Source: Hyphomicrobiales bacterium
GTDB taxonomy: Bacteria; Pseudomonadota; Alphaproteobacteria; Rhizobiales; Aestuariivirgaceae
NCBI GenBank assembly: GCA_003151375.1
Contig: PLXI01000234.1
Location: 1-62,603 of the forward strand
Direction: 5' to 3'
Length of the DNA stretch: 62,603 nt
Shown here: piece after piece, positions 45,722 through 54,381 of the stretch
Numbering within the stretch: position 1 is the first letter of the stretch
Layout of the letters: each line of letters opens with the position of its first letter
The notes under the pieces: model-generated
Database searches by the model: none
What the model saw: only the letters and a program-made list of their open reading frames with translations
What the model was told of the DNA's origin: nothing
Program-made: the position numbers and the translations under genes

Positions 45722-46827
45722 GCGTGCAAATTCTTAATGGCGATTGCCGCGCCGTTCTCAAGGGCTTGCCTGATCAGTCGGTGCATTGTTGCGTGACTAG
45801 TCCGCCTTATTTCGGCCTTCGTGATTATGGCCACGTCGGCCAAATCGGCCTTGAGGCAACGCCGGACGCTTATGTGTCTGAATTGGTCGCGGTATTCGCT
45901 GAGGTCAAGCGAGTGCTTCGTGACGACGGAACGTTATGGTTAAATCTTGGTGACAGCTATGCCGGCAGCGGCAAAGGCCAGACCGCCACAGGCGCAAACG
46001 ATCCAAAGAATAATAAAACGCGCGGCATGGTGGTTGATACCCACAAGCCGTCTAACTGGAACCTCAAAGCCAAAGACCTGATCGGTATTCCATGGCGTGT
46101 TGCATTCGCGCTGCAGGCCGATGGCTGGTATCTGCGGCAGGACATAATCTGGTCAAAGCCAAACCCAATGCCTGAAAGCGTGCAAGACCGCTGCACCAAA
46201 GCGCACGAATATATCTTCATGTTGTCGAAGTCGCCGCGTTATTTCTACGACATTGAAGCGATCAAAGAGCCGATGAGCATGTCATCGATGGAACGCTTAT
46301 CCCAAGACGTTGAAGGCCAGACCGGCAGTGATCGTGTTCCTTTCAAAACCAACGGAAACATGAAAGCCGTTGGAAAGATCGGCAAGCATGGATCAACTCT
46401 GCAAGGTGGTGGCCACGGCAGGCATTATCTCGGCGATGCAATTCCTGAGAAAGAGCGCCGCGAGGACAAACAGCGCGGCCATGGGCGCCGACACGCGGGC
46501 TTCAATGACAGATGGGACGCTATGTCGAAAGAAGAACAGGGCAGCGGAAAACGCAACAAGCGCAGCGTTTGGACGGTGGCAACTAAGCCTTTCAAGGAAG
46601 CACATTTCGCCACGTTTCCCCCTGATTTGATTGAACCCTGCATTCTCGCTGGATGCCCAGCTGGTGGTGTTGTTCTTGACCCATTTGGTGGTGCTGGCAC
46701 CACTGGTCTGGTTGCCGATAGAAACGGGCGAAACGCAATCCTGATCGAACTCAATCCACAATATGCAGAAATGTCAGATGATAGGATCAGGGCTGATGCA
46801 GGCATGTTTGCGGAGACATCACCATGA
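45718..46827 (+). CDS. DNA methyltransferase (N4-C/N6-A, beta class)
   Basis: VTSPPY catalytic motif before VLDPFGGAGTT SAM motif; HFATFP; ATGA coupling. Confidence 0.92.
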   Translation: MSVQILNGDCRAVLKGLPDQSVHCCVTSPPYFGLRDYGHVGQIGLEATPDAYVSELVAVFAEVKRVLRDDGTLWLNLGDSYAGSGKGQTATGANDPKNNKTRGMVVDTHKPSNWNLKAKDLIGIPWRVAFALQADGWYLRQDIIWSKPNPMPESVQDRCTKAHEYIFMLSKSPRYFYDIEAIKEPMSMSSMERLSQDVEGQTGSDRVPFKTNGNMKAVGKIGKHGSTLQGGGHGRHYLGDAIPEKERREDKQRGHGRRHAGFNDRWDAMSKEEQGSGKRNKRSVWTVATKPFKEAHFATFPPDLIEPCILAGCPAGGVVLDPFGGAGTTGLVADRNGRNAILIELNPQYAEMSDDRIRADAGMFAETSP

Positions 46828-47045
46828 CCCACCCAGCCGGACGAGGCGAACTCGAAGAACAATTTATCTCCGAACTTCTATCGGCCGCTAAGGTAGAGGA
46901 ATATGTCATGCGTCAATGGCCGCACACATCGCCCCAGCAGATCGCTGTAAATCTTGAGGGCCGCCTCCACTTCCGCATAACCGCCAGATGGGTTTGGGGC
47001 ATTCACCAGAGGGCGATAAGTAAAAAGCCCCCAGCGCGAGGCTGA
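46824..47045 (+). CDS. Hypothetical protein (possible HTH)
   Basis: 73 aa, ATGA-coupled, GGAG SD. Confidence 0.5.
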   Translation: MTHPAGRGELEEQFISELLSAAKVEEYVMRQWPHTSPQQIAVNLEGRLHFRITARWVWGIHQRAISKKPPARG

Positions 47046-47058
47046 GGGCTTATGAGGC

Positions 47059-47087
47059 TTGACGCAGGGGAGCGTCTAAGATAGATT
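47059..47087 (+). promoter_or_regulatory. Sigma70-type promoter upstream of the replication initiator
   Basis: TTGACG-17 nt-TAGATT. Confidence 0.55.
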
Positions 47088-47206
47088 GCCCGTTGCAACA
47101 CAAGGCCAGACGGTTATCTCATACCGAGGGCCAAAACTCAAGGCCTAAAAATGACATTGCCGTGTTTTCCATTTTTTACTTATCTTGATACCACGGAGGC
47201 TTTTTA

Positions 47207-48010
47207 GTGAAGCCATCCGAGCTTTACGCCAAACTTATTTCGGCAGGCGCTTCGCATGAAGTCGCCATGGTCGCCATAGATGCTTTAGCTACCCAAACAA
47301 CTTCGGCCCAAATGGTGAAGGTTGATCCTCAATGGAAGATCAACAAACGGGAACGCGATAGGCAGAGAATGGTCGAAAAACGCGAAGAACGGCGCAAAGC
47401 GACTATCGCCAATATCGCACAAATCGCTATAGCTGCCACTAGCGACACCATAACGACATCGCCAATAGTCGCTATGTTTGGGGGGACTATAGGGGGCTCT
47501 AGAAAGGTAAGTTCAAACTCAAATTGTGAAGATTTATTTGAGTCTAGTGTTGCGCGCGCGAGGCCATGCCAGTCGCCAATAGTCGCCAATAGGTTTGACG
47601 AATTTTTGATGATTTACCCTAAGCGCGCGGGCGGTAGTCCTCGCAAACCAGCCTTAATCGCTTACCAAAAAGCTATCGACAGGGGCCACACAGAAGCTGA
47701 AATAATAGCTGGAGCTGCATCCTATGCCGCGAGTTGTGATGCTTTGGGGAAAACAAAAACAGAGCATGTCGCCCATGCTGCAACATTTCTAAACCAAGAC
47801 CGATTTAAGGACGACCATCATGTCGAACAACCAGACCCTCAAACCATAAGGCAACCAAATGCTAGACCATCCAAAAACACTCTCCACGACAGCTTTGCAA
47901 TCGTCAACGCCGCAATCGACGATCAAATCAGGCGAGAGGCTGAAGATAGCAGCCAAGAACACGGAGATGATGCTGAGGGCCTTCCCCGACTACGGCAAAT
48001 CTCCCCCTGA
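47207..48010 (+). CDS. Replication initiator (lambda O-like)
   Basis: C-terminal FDEF...YPKR...K.A..AY.KA...HAATFLNQ.RF.D; internal iterons; GGAGG SD. Confidence 0.8.
   Translation: MKPSELYAKLISAGASHEVAMVAIDALATQTTSAQMVKVDPQWKINKRERDRQRMVEKREERRKATIANIAQIAIAATSDTITTSPIVAMFGGTIGGSRKVSSNSNCEDLFESSVARARPCQSPIVANRFDEFLMIYPKRAGGSPRKPALIAYQKAIDRGHTEAEIIAGAASYAASCDALGKTKTEHVAHAATFLNQDRFKDDHHVEQPDPQTIRQPNARPSKNTLHDSFAIVNAAIDDQIRREAEDSSQEHGDDAEGLPRLRQISP
47399..47591. repeat. Iteron-like repeats / putative replication origin
   Basis: TCGCCAATA at 47406, 47459, 47573 and 47583, inverted GCGACTAT at 47399, AT-rich stretch ~47501-47546. Confidence 0.65.
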
Positions 48011-48443
48011 ATATGTGGCCAGCATTACGGCACTTTTGGCGGAATATCCTGCCAACATTCAAGAACGGTTGGCCAATACCAGGTTCGGAGTGCCTTCAAA
48101 AACCGAATTTTTACCCACGCCAAAGATCATCACAGAACTTGCGGAAAAGTGGATGCAACACGAACGAGAGATGAGTTCTTTGGATGCGAAGTTCACGGGC
48201 CGCATTGCGAGAGATATTACACCGCGCGCGCCATTTCGCCCTTTTCCACAGCTTTGGGCCGAATTTGGTAGCGATTTCATGGATTCAAGGGTGCGCGACG
48301 GCATTCAGTTTGAAGTCCTTGAAAGCGCGTGTCAGTCGCTTGTGGTAAATGGCCGATCAGTCGCTGAAACTATATTGCTGGCGCCACGCAATATGGCCGA
48401 TGCTGGCAACCCTCAAAACAAGGAAAACACCGATGGAATATAA
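47859..48443 (+). CDS. Putative helicase loader (lambda P-position gene; start uncertain)
   Basis: Follows the initiator; L.AFP....P.Y......L..YP...G.......FLPT pattern. Confidence 0.55.
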   Translation: MLDHPKTLSTTALQSSTPQSTIKSGERLKIAAKNTEMMLRAFPDYGKSPPEYVASITALLAEYPANIQERLANTRFGVPSKTEFLPTPKIITELAEKWMQHEREMSSLDAKFTGRIARDITPRAPFRPFPQLWAEFGSDFMDSRVRDGIQFEVLESACQSLVVNGRSVAETILLAPRNMADAGNPQNKENTDGI

Positions 48444-48660
48444 AACAGAAGTGGTTAATCATCCAGCGCATTACGGTGGCGCCGACAACCCCTATGAGGC
48501 GATCAAGGTGATTGAGGCATGGGGTTTAGGCTTCTGCCTAGGCAACACCGTGAAATACATTTCACGTGCCGGCAAGAAAGACCCCACGCTCCAAGATTTG
48601 AAAAAAGCGCAGTGGTATCTTGATCGAGAAATTCAAAACATGGAAAAGAAGAAAACTTAA
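48433..48660 (+). CDS. DUF3310-family protein
   Basis: VNHPAHY...EAI.VIE...GFCLGN.VKY..RAGKK...DLKKA.WYL.REI. Confidence 0.85.
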   Translation: MEYKTEVVNHPAHYGGADNPYEAIKVIEAWGLGFCLGNTVKYISRAGKKDPTLQDLKKAQWYLDREIQNMEKKKT

Positions 48661-49040
48661 TTCCACCTCCCACAGTGGCCCCTAGCGTTGCGCGTGCGGC
48701 CCTTCTTACAGTCTGAGGGCCTTCTATGCCGCCCAGAGGCGACAATCCTGTGCGCAGGCCTCGGCTGGGCCTTGGCGACCTCTTGAACCGGTGCCGGAGC
48801 AATTGTCTCTCGTGCAGGCGGCTTTTCGCACATTGGAGTCGTTTCGCGCAGGGTTTCGGTTTCGGCCATCAAAGCATTATAGGCCGCGACATAGGCCAGC
48901 AAGTGCATGTTGCATTCTTGCAGCGGCGATGGCGGCTCTTGCTTGATGGTCGTGCAATTGGGCCCGCAGGCAATGCCATCAGCCAGCGCCGGGCTTGTTA
49001 GGGCGAGCAGCAGCAAAAGGCTTTTGAGTGGGCTAATCAT
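48657..49040 (-). CDS. Small exported Cys-containing protein
   Basis: MISPLKSLLLLLALTSPALA|DG signal peptide; 6 Cys; basic tail. Confidence 0.65.
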   Translation of the reverse strand: MISPLKSLLLLLALTSPALADGIACGPNCTTIKQEPPSPLQECNMHLLAYVAAYNALMAETETLRETTPMCEKPPARETIAPAPVQEVAKAQPRPAHRIVASGRHRRPSDCKKGRTRNARGHCGRWN

Positions 49041-49443
49041 TTGGCAGAACCTCACGAACGTGAATAGGGGTTATCCCACTGCCAGCACAATTGGCTTCGG
49101 CAATTTGTTTATCATTCCAAATACCTCCGATTGGCGATCCAGCGCCGAAAGTATCGAACACTTTTATCCACCACTCCCTGCCCATCTTGGCCTTTGGAAC
49201 GCGGGTTAGTTCACGCAGGGCGTTGTATGTATCTTCATAAAGGAAAGTGTCAATGTCCCCTTTAATGCAAATACAGTTTGGAAAGCTCAGTCTAAGGCTA
49301 TCCCACTCCGGCATCGTGTAAACCATTTCTGGCTCTGGCTCGAAGGCGGCGAGGGCTTTTACAAGTTTGGGCGGCTTTGGCCCAACCCAATTATCAAGGG
49401 TGTGTTGCACCGCATCGCGCAGCACCTTCGTCTTGTCATCCAT
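49033..49443 (-). CDS. Hypothetical protein
   Basis: ATG 49443 with AGGAG SD; ends IHVREVLP. Confidence 0.6.
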   Translation of the reverse strand: MDDKTKVLRDAVQHTLDNWVGPKPPKLVKALAAFEPEPEMVYTMPEWDSLRLSFPNCICIKGDIDTFLYEDTYNALRELTRVPKAKMGREWWIKVFDTFGAGSPIGGIWNDKQIAEANCAGSGITPIHVREVLPND

Positions 49444-49894
49444 TGGGCTTATCTCCTGCTGTGGGCGTGGGGCGGGTGAGGGCGCGGATTGAATTTTCAA
49501 CATAGTTACATGCCGCTGCCCCAAACCGATATTGAGTGATCGCTCTTTCTTCTGTCGCAGTTGCAAGGTTGCTTCTGTAAGTATTGCCCTGTCGCCGCAC
49601 CTCAACTAATGCCGCATCACGTCCAGCATTCCACACCGCATCATTGCCAGCGCGGGCGGCGGCGAGTTCGGATTGGAGTTGGCGATTTGCTTTGACCAGT
49701 TCCAAGATTGCGGATGGATTGGCGGCGGCGATGAACAAACAGTTGGCTTTTGCTTCTGGCGCATTGTCTTCCCAATCGCAGATAGCTTGTCTCTTGCCAT
49801 GTGAAGCTAAAACGAACCGTGATGCCTCACGCGCTTCCCACGGCCCAGCAGTTGCCGCCTTTGCCAGTGCTTCCAGCTTCTCAATGTCAGTCAT
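49436..49894 (-). CDS. Ead/Ea22-like protein
   Basis: L..LAKAAT.GPW...N..FIAAANP.AILEL. Confidence 0.75.
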   Translation of the reverse strand: MTDIEKLEALAKAATAGPWEAREASRFVLASHGKRQAICDWEDNAPEAKANCLFIAAANPSAILELVKANRQLQSELAAARAGNDAVWNAGRDAALVEVRRQGNTYRSNLATATEERAITQYRFGAAACNYVENSIRALTRPTPTAGDKPNG

Positions 49895-49986
49895 TTGCTC
49901 CAATCCTTGAACCATAGCCAGCTACTAACCCAACCAATTCCAAATATTATTACAAAGGTCTGAACGTGATCCCATTGCATCTTCAT
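49891..49986 (-). CDS. 31-aa membrane peptide (not in ORF track)
   Basis: MKMQWDHVQTFVIIFGIGWVSSWLWFKDWSK*, ATGA-coupled to the next gene. Confidence 0.45.
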   Translation of the reverse strand: MKMQWDHVQTFVIIFGIGWVSSWLWFKDWSK

Positions 49987-49989
49987 CTC

Positions 49990-50298
49990 CTATAGGTTGG
50001 CCGCGAGCCACAAATCGAGAGCGTCAATGGTTTTGCAATAATCATCGTGTGGATTTTTCGCTCCGTACCCGCCTTTCAAAGCCTTATTCGCCTGCACAAT
50101 CAATGCGCGGGCTGGCTGGAACTGTGGGGCTTGGAGGGCAGTGATTGCATTGGCGAGAATTTGATAAGCTTTAGAAGCTCTCGCACCATCACGCCAATCA
50201 GAATAGTTTAGCACCGTGCGGCCTTCCCACAACATTTCGTGGGCCTCTTTTGAGGCCTTCATCAGCGCTTCAATCTGCTCTCGTGTAAGGTCAGTCAT
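49990..50298 (-). CDS. Hypothetical protein
   Basis: MTDLTREQIEAL..., ATGA-coupled. Confidence 0.6.
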   Translation of the reverse strand: MTDLTREQIEALMKASKEAHEMLWEGRTVLNYSDWRDGARASKAYQILANAITALQAPQFQPARALIVQANKALKGGYGAKNPHDDYCKTIDALDLWLAANL

Positions 50299-50645
50299 GG
50301 GTTTGCTTTCAGCCATTCGGAAATGGCGGTGAGTAAGTTACGACCTTTTCTGATGTGTCCAATTTTCAAGGCCATATCGCCTTCCAATCCGCCGCCAACA
50401 GCAGTATCGTCTTCATCTTCTAACATCCACTCACCAACAAAATCCTCTTCACAGGCAAGCACAAGCGGTTCTAAATCTTTCTGCGCCTTCTCAATCAACA
50501 CGCGGGCTTCGTCTAGGGGTGATGGATCGAAGGATTTGAGGGCAAGGCGAGCGAGCTGCACAAATTCATAACCATTAGGATCAACCTTGCTCCCATCAAC
50601 AATTTGCTTAACTCTCTCTTGCGTCAGCATTTCTCTTTCAGCCAT
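50295..50645 (-). CDS. Hypothetical protein
   Basis: MAEREMLTQERV..., GGAG SD. Confidence 0.6.
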   Translation of the reverse strand: MAEREMLTQERVKQIVDGSKVDPNGYEFVQLARLALKSFDPSPLDEARVLIEKAQKDLEPLVLACEEDFVGEWMLEDEDDTAVGGGLEGDMALKIGHIRKGRNLLTAISEWLKANP

Positions 50646-50841
50646 TGTCTCTCTCCAAAACGTTTCCATCTAGCAGCGCGAGGGCGGCTGCGGCTTTGCG
50701 AAGGTCGCCAACTGTGACATGACTGTACTGTGCCACCATATCGTCAGACCAATTTTCATAATAACCTTCAGCGTGCGCAGCAAACGGCTTCAACGCCTCA
50801 CGCACGGCATCAATCGTGGAAGTTGGAAGGGTTTGGGTCAT
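50638..50841 (-). CDS. Hypothetical protein
   Basis: VREALKPFA...TVGDLRKAAAAL motif common in phage early genes. Confidence 0.6.
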   Translation of the reverse strand: MTQTLPTSTIDAVREALKPFAAHAEGYYENWSDDMVAQYSHVTVGDLRKAAAALALLDGNVLERDNG

Positions 50842-51179
50842 GTGTTGCTTAAATCCCCGTTGCTGATGTGCCCGTGCCAATGTGGATCAAGGCCGATGCT
50901 TGGTGCAATTGTCAGTGTGTCGAAAGTTTCTCCACTTACGCGCTGATGAAATCCTTCGTGCGGAAACTCTGTGAACATGCGTCCAAGTTGGGTTTCCGGA
51001 TCAATTGGAGGCCAAAAACTAAACGCCAATCTCTTACCACGTTTTGTGCCGCAAGTCGGGCAGTTAGTATGATCGCAATGCGGGCAGAGAAAGGACACGC
51101 CAATGTAAAATGGCGCGGCCTTTTCAGCCCATTGGCTTGGCTGTATCCAGTGAGGCGCGAGGTCAATTAGTTTCATCAC
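50838..51179 (-). CDS. Small Cys/His protein (DUF6527-like), paralog B
   Basis: KL.DL.P.W...GVSFLCPHC..CPTC...FDTLTIAPSI...HWHGHISNG. Confidence 0.7.
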   Translation of the reverse strand: MMKLIDLAPHWIQPSQWAEKAAPFYIGVSFLCPHCDHTNCPTCGTKRGKRLAFSFWPPIDPETQLGRMFTEFPHEGFHQRVSGETFDTLTIAPSIGLDPHWHGHISNGDLSNT

Positions 51180-51400
51180 ACTTCTCCTTTAAACCTGTCA
51201 GCATAATCTATTTTCAATTGGGCGAATTGGGCTGGGGCGATGCGGGAAACTTCATAAGCGTTATTAAGAGGATTTTCAGCGCGTTTAAAAACCATGATGC
51301 TAACCCATTCCACACGCCCCTCACGAACCGCTTTTTGATATTCCACACTATCTTTCTCAGCCTTCGCCAGCAGTTGCTTGAGGCGCGTTAGGTCAGTCAT
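51176..51400 (-). CDS. Hypothetical protein
   Basis: 74 aa, coupled on both sides. Confidence 0.55.
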   Translation of the reverse strand: MTDLTRLKQLLAKAEKDSVEYQKAVREGRVEWVSIMVFKRAENPLNNAYEVSRIAPAQFAQLKIDYADRFKGEV

Positions 51401-51597
51401 GATGTTCTCTCTGTTGGGAAATGGATTTCAACTCGGCGCACATCTCGATATTTCTTGCGGGCCTTCTCTCTTGTTTTGAACAGGGCTGGGACAGTCACCA
51501 TGTCGCCCGTGTTGAAGCCGCCCCATCCCATGTCAACTTCGTTAAATTGAAGTTCCCCATCGCAAAATCCAGCCCAAAGTTTAACAACCTTCATCAT
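51397..51597 (-). CDS. Hypothetical protein
   Basis: WAGFCDG.L...ALFKTR..AR..Y.DVRRVEI. Confidence 0.55.
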   Translation of the reverse strand: MMKVVKLWAGFCDGELQFNEVDMGWGGFNTGDMVTVPALFKTREKARKKYRDVRRVEIHFPTERTS

Positions 51598-51779
51598 CCA
51601 CACCTTTCAAGCTTCGGGTTTGCCTTGCATTCTTTCGCACTCGGATATTTAATATCCGGCGCGAACTTAACATGCTCAACTACAGGGCATGGCTCAAAGC
51701 GCTGCTTAACCAACGTCATGCCGTCAAGGGTTTGCGTCTCAACTGTGGCGATACATAAGAGAAGGGTGGCGAGGGTCAT
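51594..51779 (-). CDS. Small Cys-containing protein
   Basis: 61 aa ending CKANPKLERCG*. Confidence 0.5.
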   Translation of the reverse strand: MTLATLLLCIATVETQTLDGMTLVKQRFEPCPVVEHVKFAPDIKYPSAKECKANPKLERCG

Positions 51780-52070
51780 GGCATTTCATCTTCTCGTTGG
51801 CTTGCTAAGCTGTTCAGCCTATCACGTTCAGCCTTTTCATAGCCAAGCACATGTCCAAGGCAAAACACCACACCCAGAAGAATAATAGCGCCGACAGTCC
51901 ATATAAATTCCATCACAACCTCTTTTCACACTTGCATATGGCAGTCCTGATCTTGTCATGGCATTGCCAGCAAATTACAGGATGGAACCAGCCATAGATG
52001 GCTTGAATCATGGCTTTCATCACCCACACCTTTCCATGTTAGGGTTTGCTTTACATTGCGCCGGAGTCAT
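51776..52070 (-). other. Chain of three coupled micro-ORFs (16 aa 52020..52070; 35 aa 51913..52020; 45 aa 51776..51913)
   Basis: Each start overlaps the previous stop (ATGA/TGATG); encode MTPAQCKANPNMERCG, a CxxC...CxC peptide and a TM peptide. Confidence 0.5.
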
Positions 52071-52294
52071 GACGTGCCTGCAGCTTCATAAGAGGAATGC
52101 ACAAACCAATATAGTGGCCACAAAACCCAGACAATATCAGCGGCCAGTTCTTCACTTTCACAAGCAATGAAGCTTGATGAATGTTCGGCCTCGCAGGCTC
52201 TAGCGACCTTAATTGTGTAGATATGCGTGAGCCATGCACATGCAAGATAGAAGCCAACGGCGAAATAAACTTTCCTATAGCGCTTCATCATCAT
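52067..52294 (-). CDS. Small membrane protein
   Basis: Two hydrophobic segments, LWPLYW; GGAGG SD. Confidence 0.55.
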   Translation of the reverse strand: MMMKRYRKVYFAVGFYLACAWLTHIYTIKVARACEAEHSSSFIACESEELAADIVWVLWPLYWFVHSSYEAAGTS

Positions 52295-52485
52295 CCTCCA
52301 ACTATCATGTGTTTATCTTTGTAATCCATCGTGGTGATGGCAAGCGGGCTCAATTCCACCTCTGGGGCAAATTGTTGCTCGCGCACATCACCAAGTTGGG
52401 CTTCCTCCCTGAGAATTCGCCAGAACAGGCCAGCGACAATTATCAATGGAACACCGATGAAAATAATGGCTCCGAACGCGTTCAT
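52291..52485 (-). CDS. Small membrane protein
   Basis: N-terminal TM helix, ATGA-coupled. Confidence 0.55.
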   Translation of the reverse strand: MNAFGAIIFIGVPLIIVAGLFWRILREEAQLGDVREQQFAPEVELSPLAITTMDYKDKHMIVGG

Positions 52486-52763
52486 GCTACACCTCTTTCG
52501 ATATTATGGGCGAGATCTATGAGAGCCACGCTCATGCCTTTCAGGCAGTTGCCAACTGCCAAACGCTCGACATTTGAGCCTGGCATATTTGGGCTATCTG
52601 CCGATACAAACAACTGGTCAGCCACCAACATCACGCCATCAGCCTTCGCTTTGCGCACAGTGGCTAACAATTCCGTTCTTACAACGGTCACAACATCTTC
52701 GTTTAGATGCACGCCAACGAGTTTAGCAACTTCCGCCTCGGCCCAATTTGGTTCTTCAGTCAT
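52482..52763 (-). CDS. Hypothetical protein (paralog of 56562..56852)
   Basis: MTE..P.WA...RKAKADGV. Confidence 0.6.
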   Translation of the reverse strand: MTEEPNWAEAEVAKLVGVHLNEDVVTVVRTELLATVRKAKADGVMLVADQLFVSADSPNMPGSNVERLAVGNCLKGMSVALIDLAHNIERGVA

Positions 52764-52990
52764 GTCTTTTTCCTCTCAGTACCGCCAACAACAAACTCAT
52801 TCGTGTCATAGTCAAACAAAGTTGGCATTTGGCTGGCGCGCATATCATCCGGCTCAGCATGTTCTAGGCCCAGCACAAAGAACCCATAGGCGCGCTTTCC
52901 AGCGTCATTGCCAGGGAACGTGGCCACTATATGCTGCGCCTCGTCTTTGACCTTGATGTTTCCAGTTCTACGGGTGACAGTGTATTTCAT
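52760..52990 (-). CDS. Hypothetical protein
   Basis: 76 aa, ATGA-coupled. Confidence 0.55.
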   Translation of the reverse strand: MKYTVTRRTGNIKVKDEAQHIVATFPGNDAGKRAYGFFVLGLEHAEPDDMRASQMPTLFDYDTNEFVVGGTERKKT

Positions 52991-53190
52991 GCTCCGCCCT
53001 CACAATTAGCCACGGTGTTTTCCAGTTCATGATAAAGGCCTGAGACGTGTTCAATCTGGTCGCCGTCACATCCGGCCTTGCGCATGATCTCAACAAGGTC
53101 ACTCCAATGCAGTTCACAGATAAGACGCTGCGCCGCGCTGAATACCAAAGCCCTTTTGTCGCGGATATCTTCAAACTCAGGACGGCTCAT
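52987..53190 (-). CDS. Hypothetical protein
   Basis: 67 aa, ATGA-coupled. Confidence 0.55.
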   Translation of the reverse strand: MSRPEFEDIRDKRALVFSAAQRLICELHWSDLVEIMRKAGCDGDQIEHVSGLYHELENTVANCEGGA

Positions 53191-53330
53191 GCCTTCACCT
53201 TACCAATTATGCGTAACACCTCATCCCGTGCTTCTGCTTCCGTTGGTTCACGGCCGAGTTTAGCGACCAGCTTATTCCAAACACTGTTTGGATTTTTGTT
53301 GGCCCAAGTTGTGTTGATAGTGACACTCAT
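53187..53330 (-). CDS. 47-aa hypothetical protein (not in ORF track)
   Basis: MSVTINTTW...VWNKL..KLGREPT.AE...EV.RI; ATGA-coupled on both sides. Confidence 0.55.
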   Translation of the reverse strand: MSVTINTTWANKNPNSVWNKLVAKLGREPTEAEARDEVLRIIGKVKA

Positions 53331-53533
53331 GGCTTGGTGCCTTCCTTTGGTTGAAACAATGTTCGCGCGGCCTTATCATCAACAAACCTTGGCAGTTCGG
53401 ACGCAATGCCTGTAAATAACAATCTATTGCTTTCAATGACTGTCTTTTGCGTTAAGCGTTTAGCTTCTGCCATACGCTTTGTTGCGGCTGCGTTGAGAAT
53501 GCGTGAAATTCCTTTGTCTAATGGGCTGTTCAT
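53327..53533 (-). CDS. Hypothetical protein
   Basis: 68 aa; GAGG SD. Confidence 0.55.
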   Translation of the reverse strand: MNSPLDKGISRILNAAATKRMAEAKRLTQKTVIESNRLLFTGIASELPRFVDDKAARTLFQPKEGTKP

Positions 53534-53536
53534 GAT

Positions 53537-53704
53537 TTACCTCAATAAATATCCGCGACCAGAAGCTATAATATCTTCTCTGTCCTCTTGTTCTTGGGCA
53601 TCGCGCCGTAATTCGTTCATTTCTTTTTGAAACTCTGCGCGTGTGATCTGGCCTTCCGCCAATTGCTGTTCTAATGCTTCAACTTCTTTGTCAAACCAGT
53701 CCAT
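53537..53704 (-). CDS. 55-aa acidic SHOCT-like protein (not in ORF track)
   Basis: MDWFDKEVEALEQQLAEGQITRAEF...; GGAGG SD. Confidence 0.55.
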   Translation of the reverse strand: MDWFDKEVEALEQQLAEGQITRAEFQKEMNELRRDAQEQEDREDIIASGRGYLLR

Positions 53705-53746
53705 AATCATCCTCCAAATTAAAAGTTTTGCGGGCTATCTCGTTCA

Positions 53747-54127
53747 TCATGCACCTGCCTTGGCTTTGGCGAGGATGGCGCGGGCCTCTTGGTTAACCTT
53801 GGCGGCTATACAAGCAGGGCATTCGACAAGATCAGCCAAAGCGTCTCCAGTTTTGGGGCCAGTAGCATAGCAATGCTCAGGTGCAATATGGTCGCCAATG
53901 GCTCGTTCACTTGCTGAGATTGTATCTTCCAGCGCCTTTACCAGATCAGGAAATGCGTTGCAGGCTTGGACGATGTAGGCGGCGTTGGCGAGGGTGATCT
54001 CTATCCTCAGCGGTGTCTTTCGTCCGTGAGGAGTAGCTACAGCCACGCCCTCGTCGTAGGCGGTCAAAATCAGCGTTGGTGCTTTCGCCCCAATCTTCCA
54101 AGGCAGTGATGAATGGTTGTCCATCAC
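53747..54127 (-). CDS. Hypothetical phage early protein
   Basis: H...PW...ANAAYIV.ACNAFPDLVKALE...ARAILAKA. Confidence 0.65.
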   Translation of the reverse strand: MMDNHSSLPWKIGAKAPTLILTAYDEGVAVATPHGRKTPLRIEITLANAAYIVQACNAFPDLVKALEDTISASERAIGDHIAPEHCYATGPKTGDALADLVECPACIAAKVNQEARAILAKAKAGA

Positions 54128-54381
54128 AGCACCCCTGCAAAGCGGTTCTGAGAGGCTACGGCTGCCAAAGTCTCAACAGGATTGGATTTGTTTAGATATG
54201 ATGCCCAAGCCAAGCTGCTGTCAGAATTAGCCACGTACACCATTGGATTAGCGCGGCGGTTGCCAAATGCGTCACGAAATGCCTGAATGCCAAGATAGCC
54301 TTGCTCGAAGACCTTTATGCCATTCAAGCGGTTATGCTCTTGGCAGGCGCGGAAAATAGCTGTGTGCTCGCGCTGGTTCAT
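54124..54381 (-). CDS. Hypothetical protein
   Basis: 85 aa, coupled on both sides. Confidence 0.55.
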   Translation of the reverse strand: MNQREHTAIFRACQEHNRLNGIKVFEQGYLGIQAFRDAFGNRRANPMVYVANSDSSLAWASYLNKSNPVETLAAVASQNRFAGVL

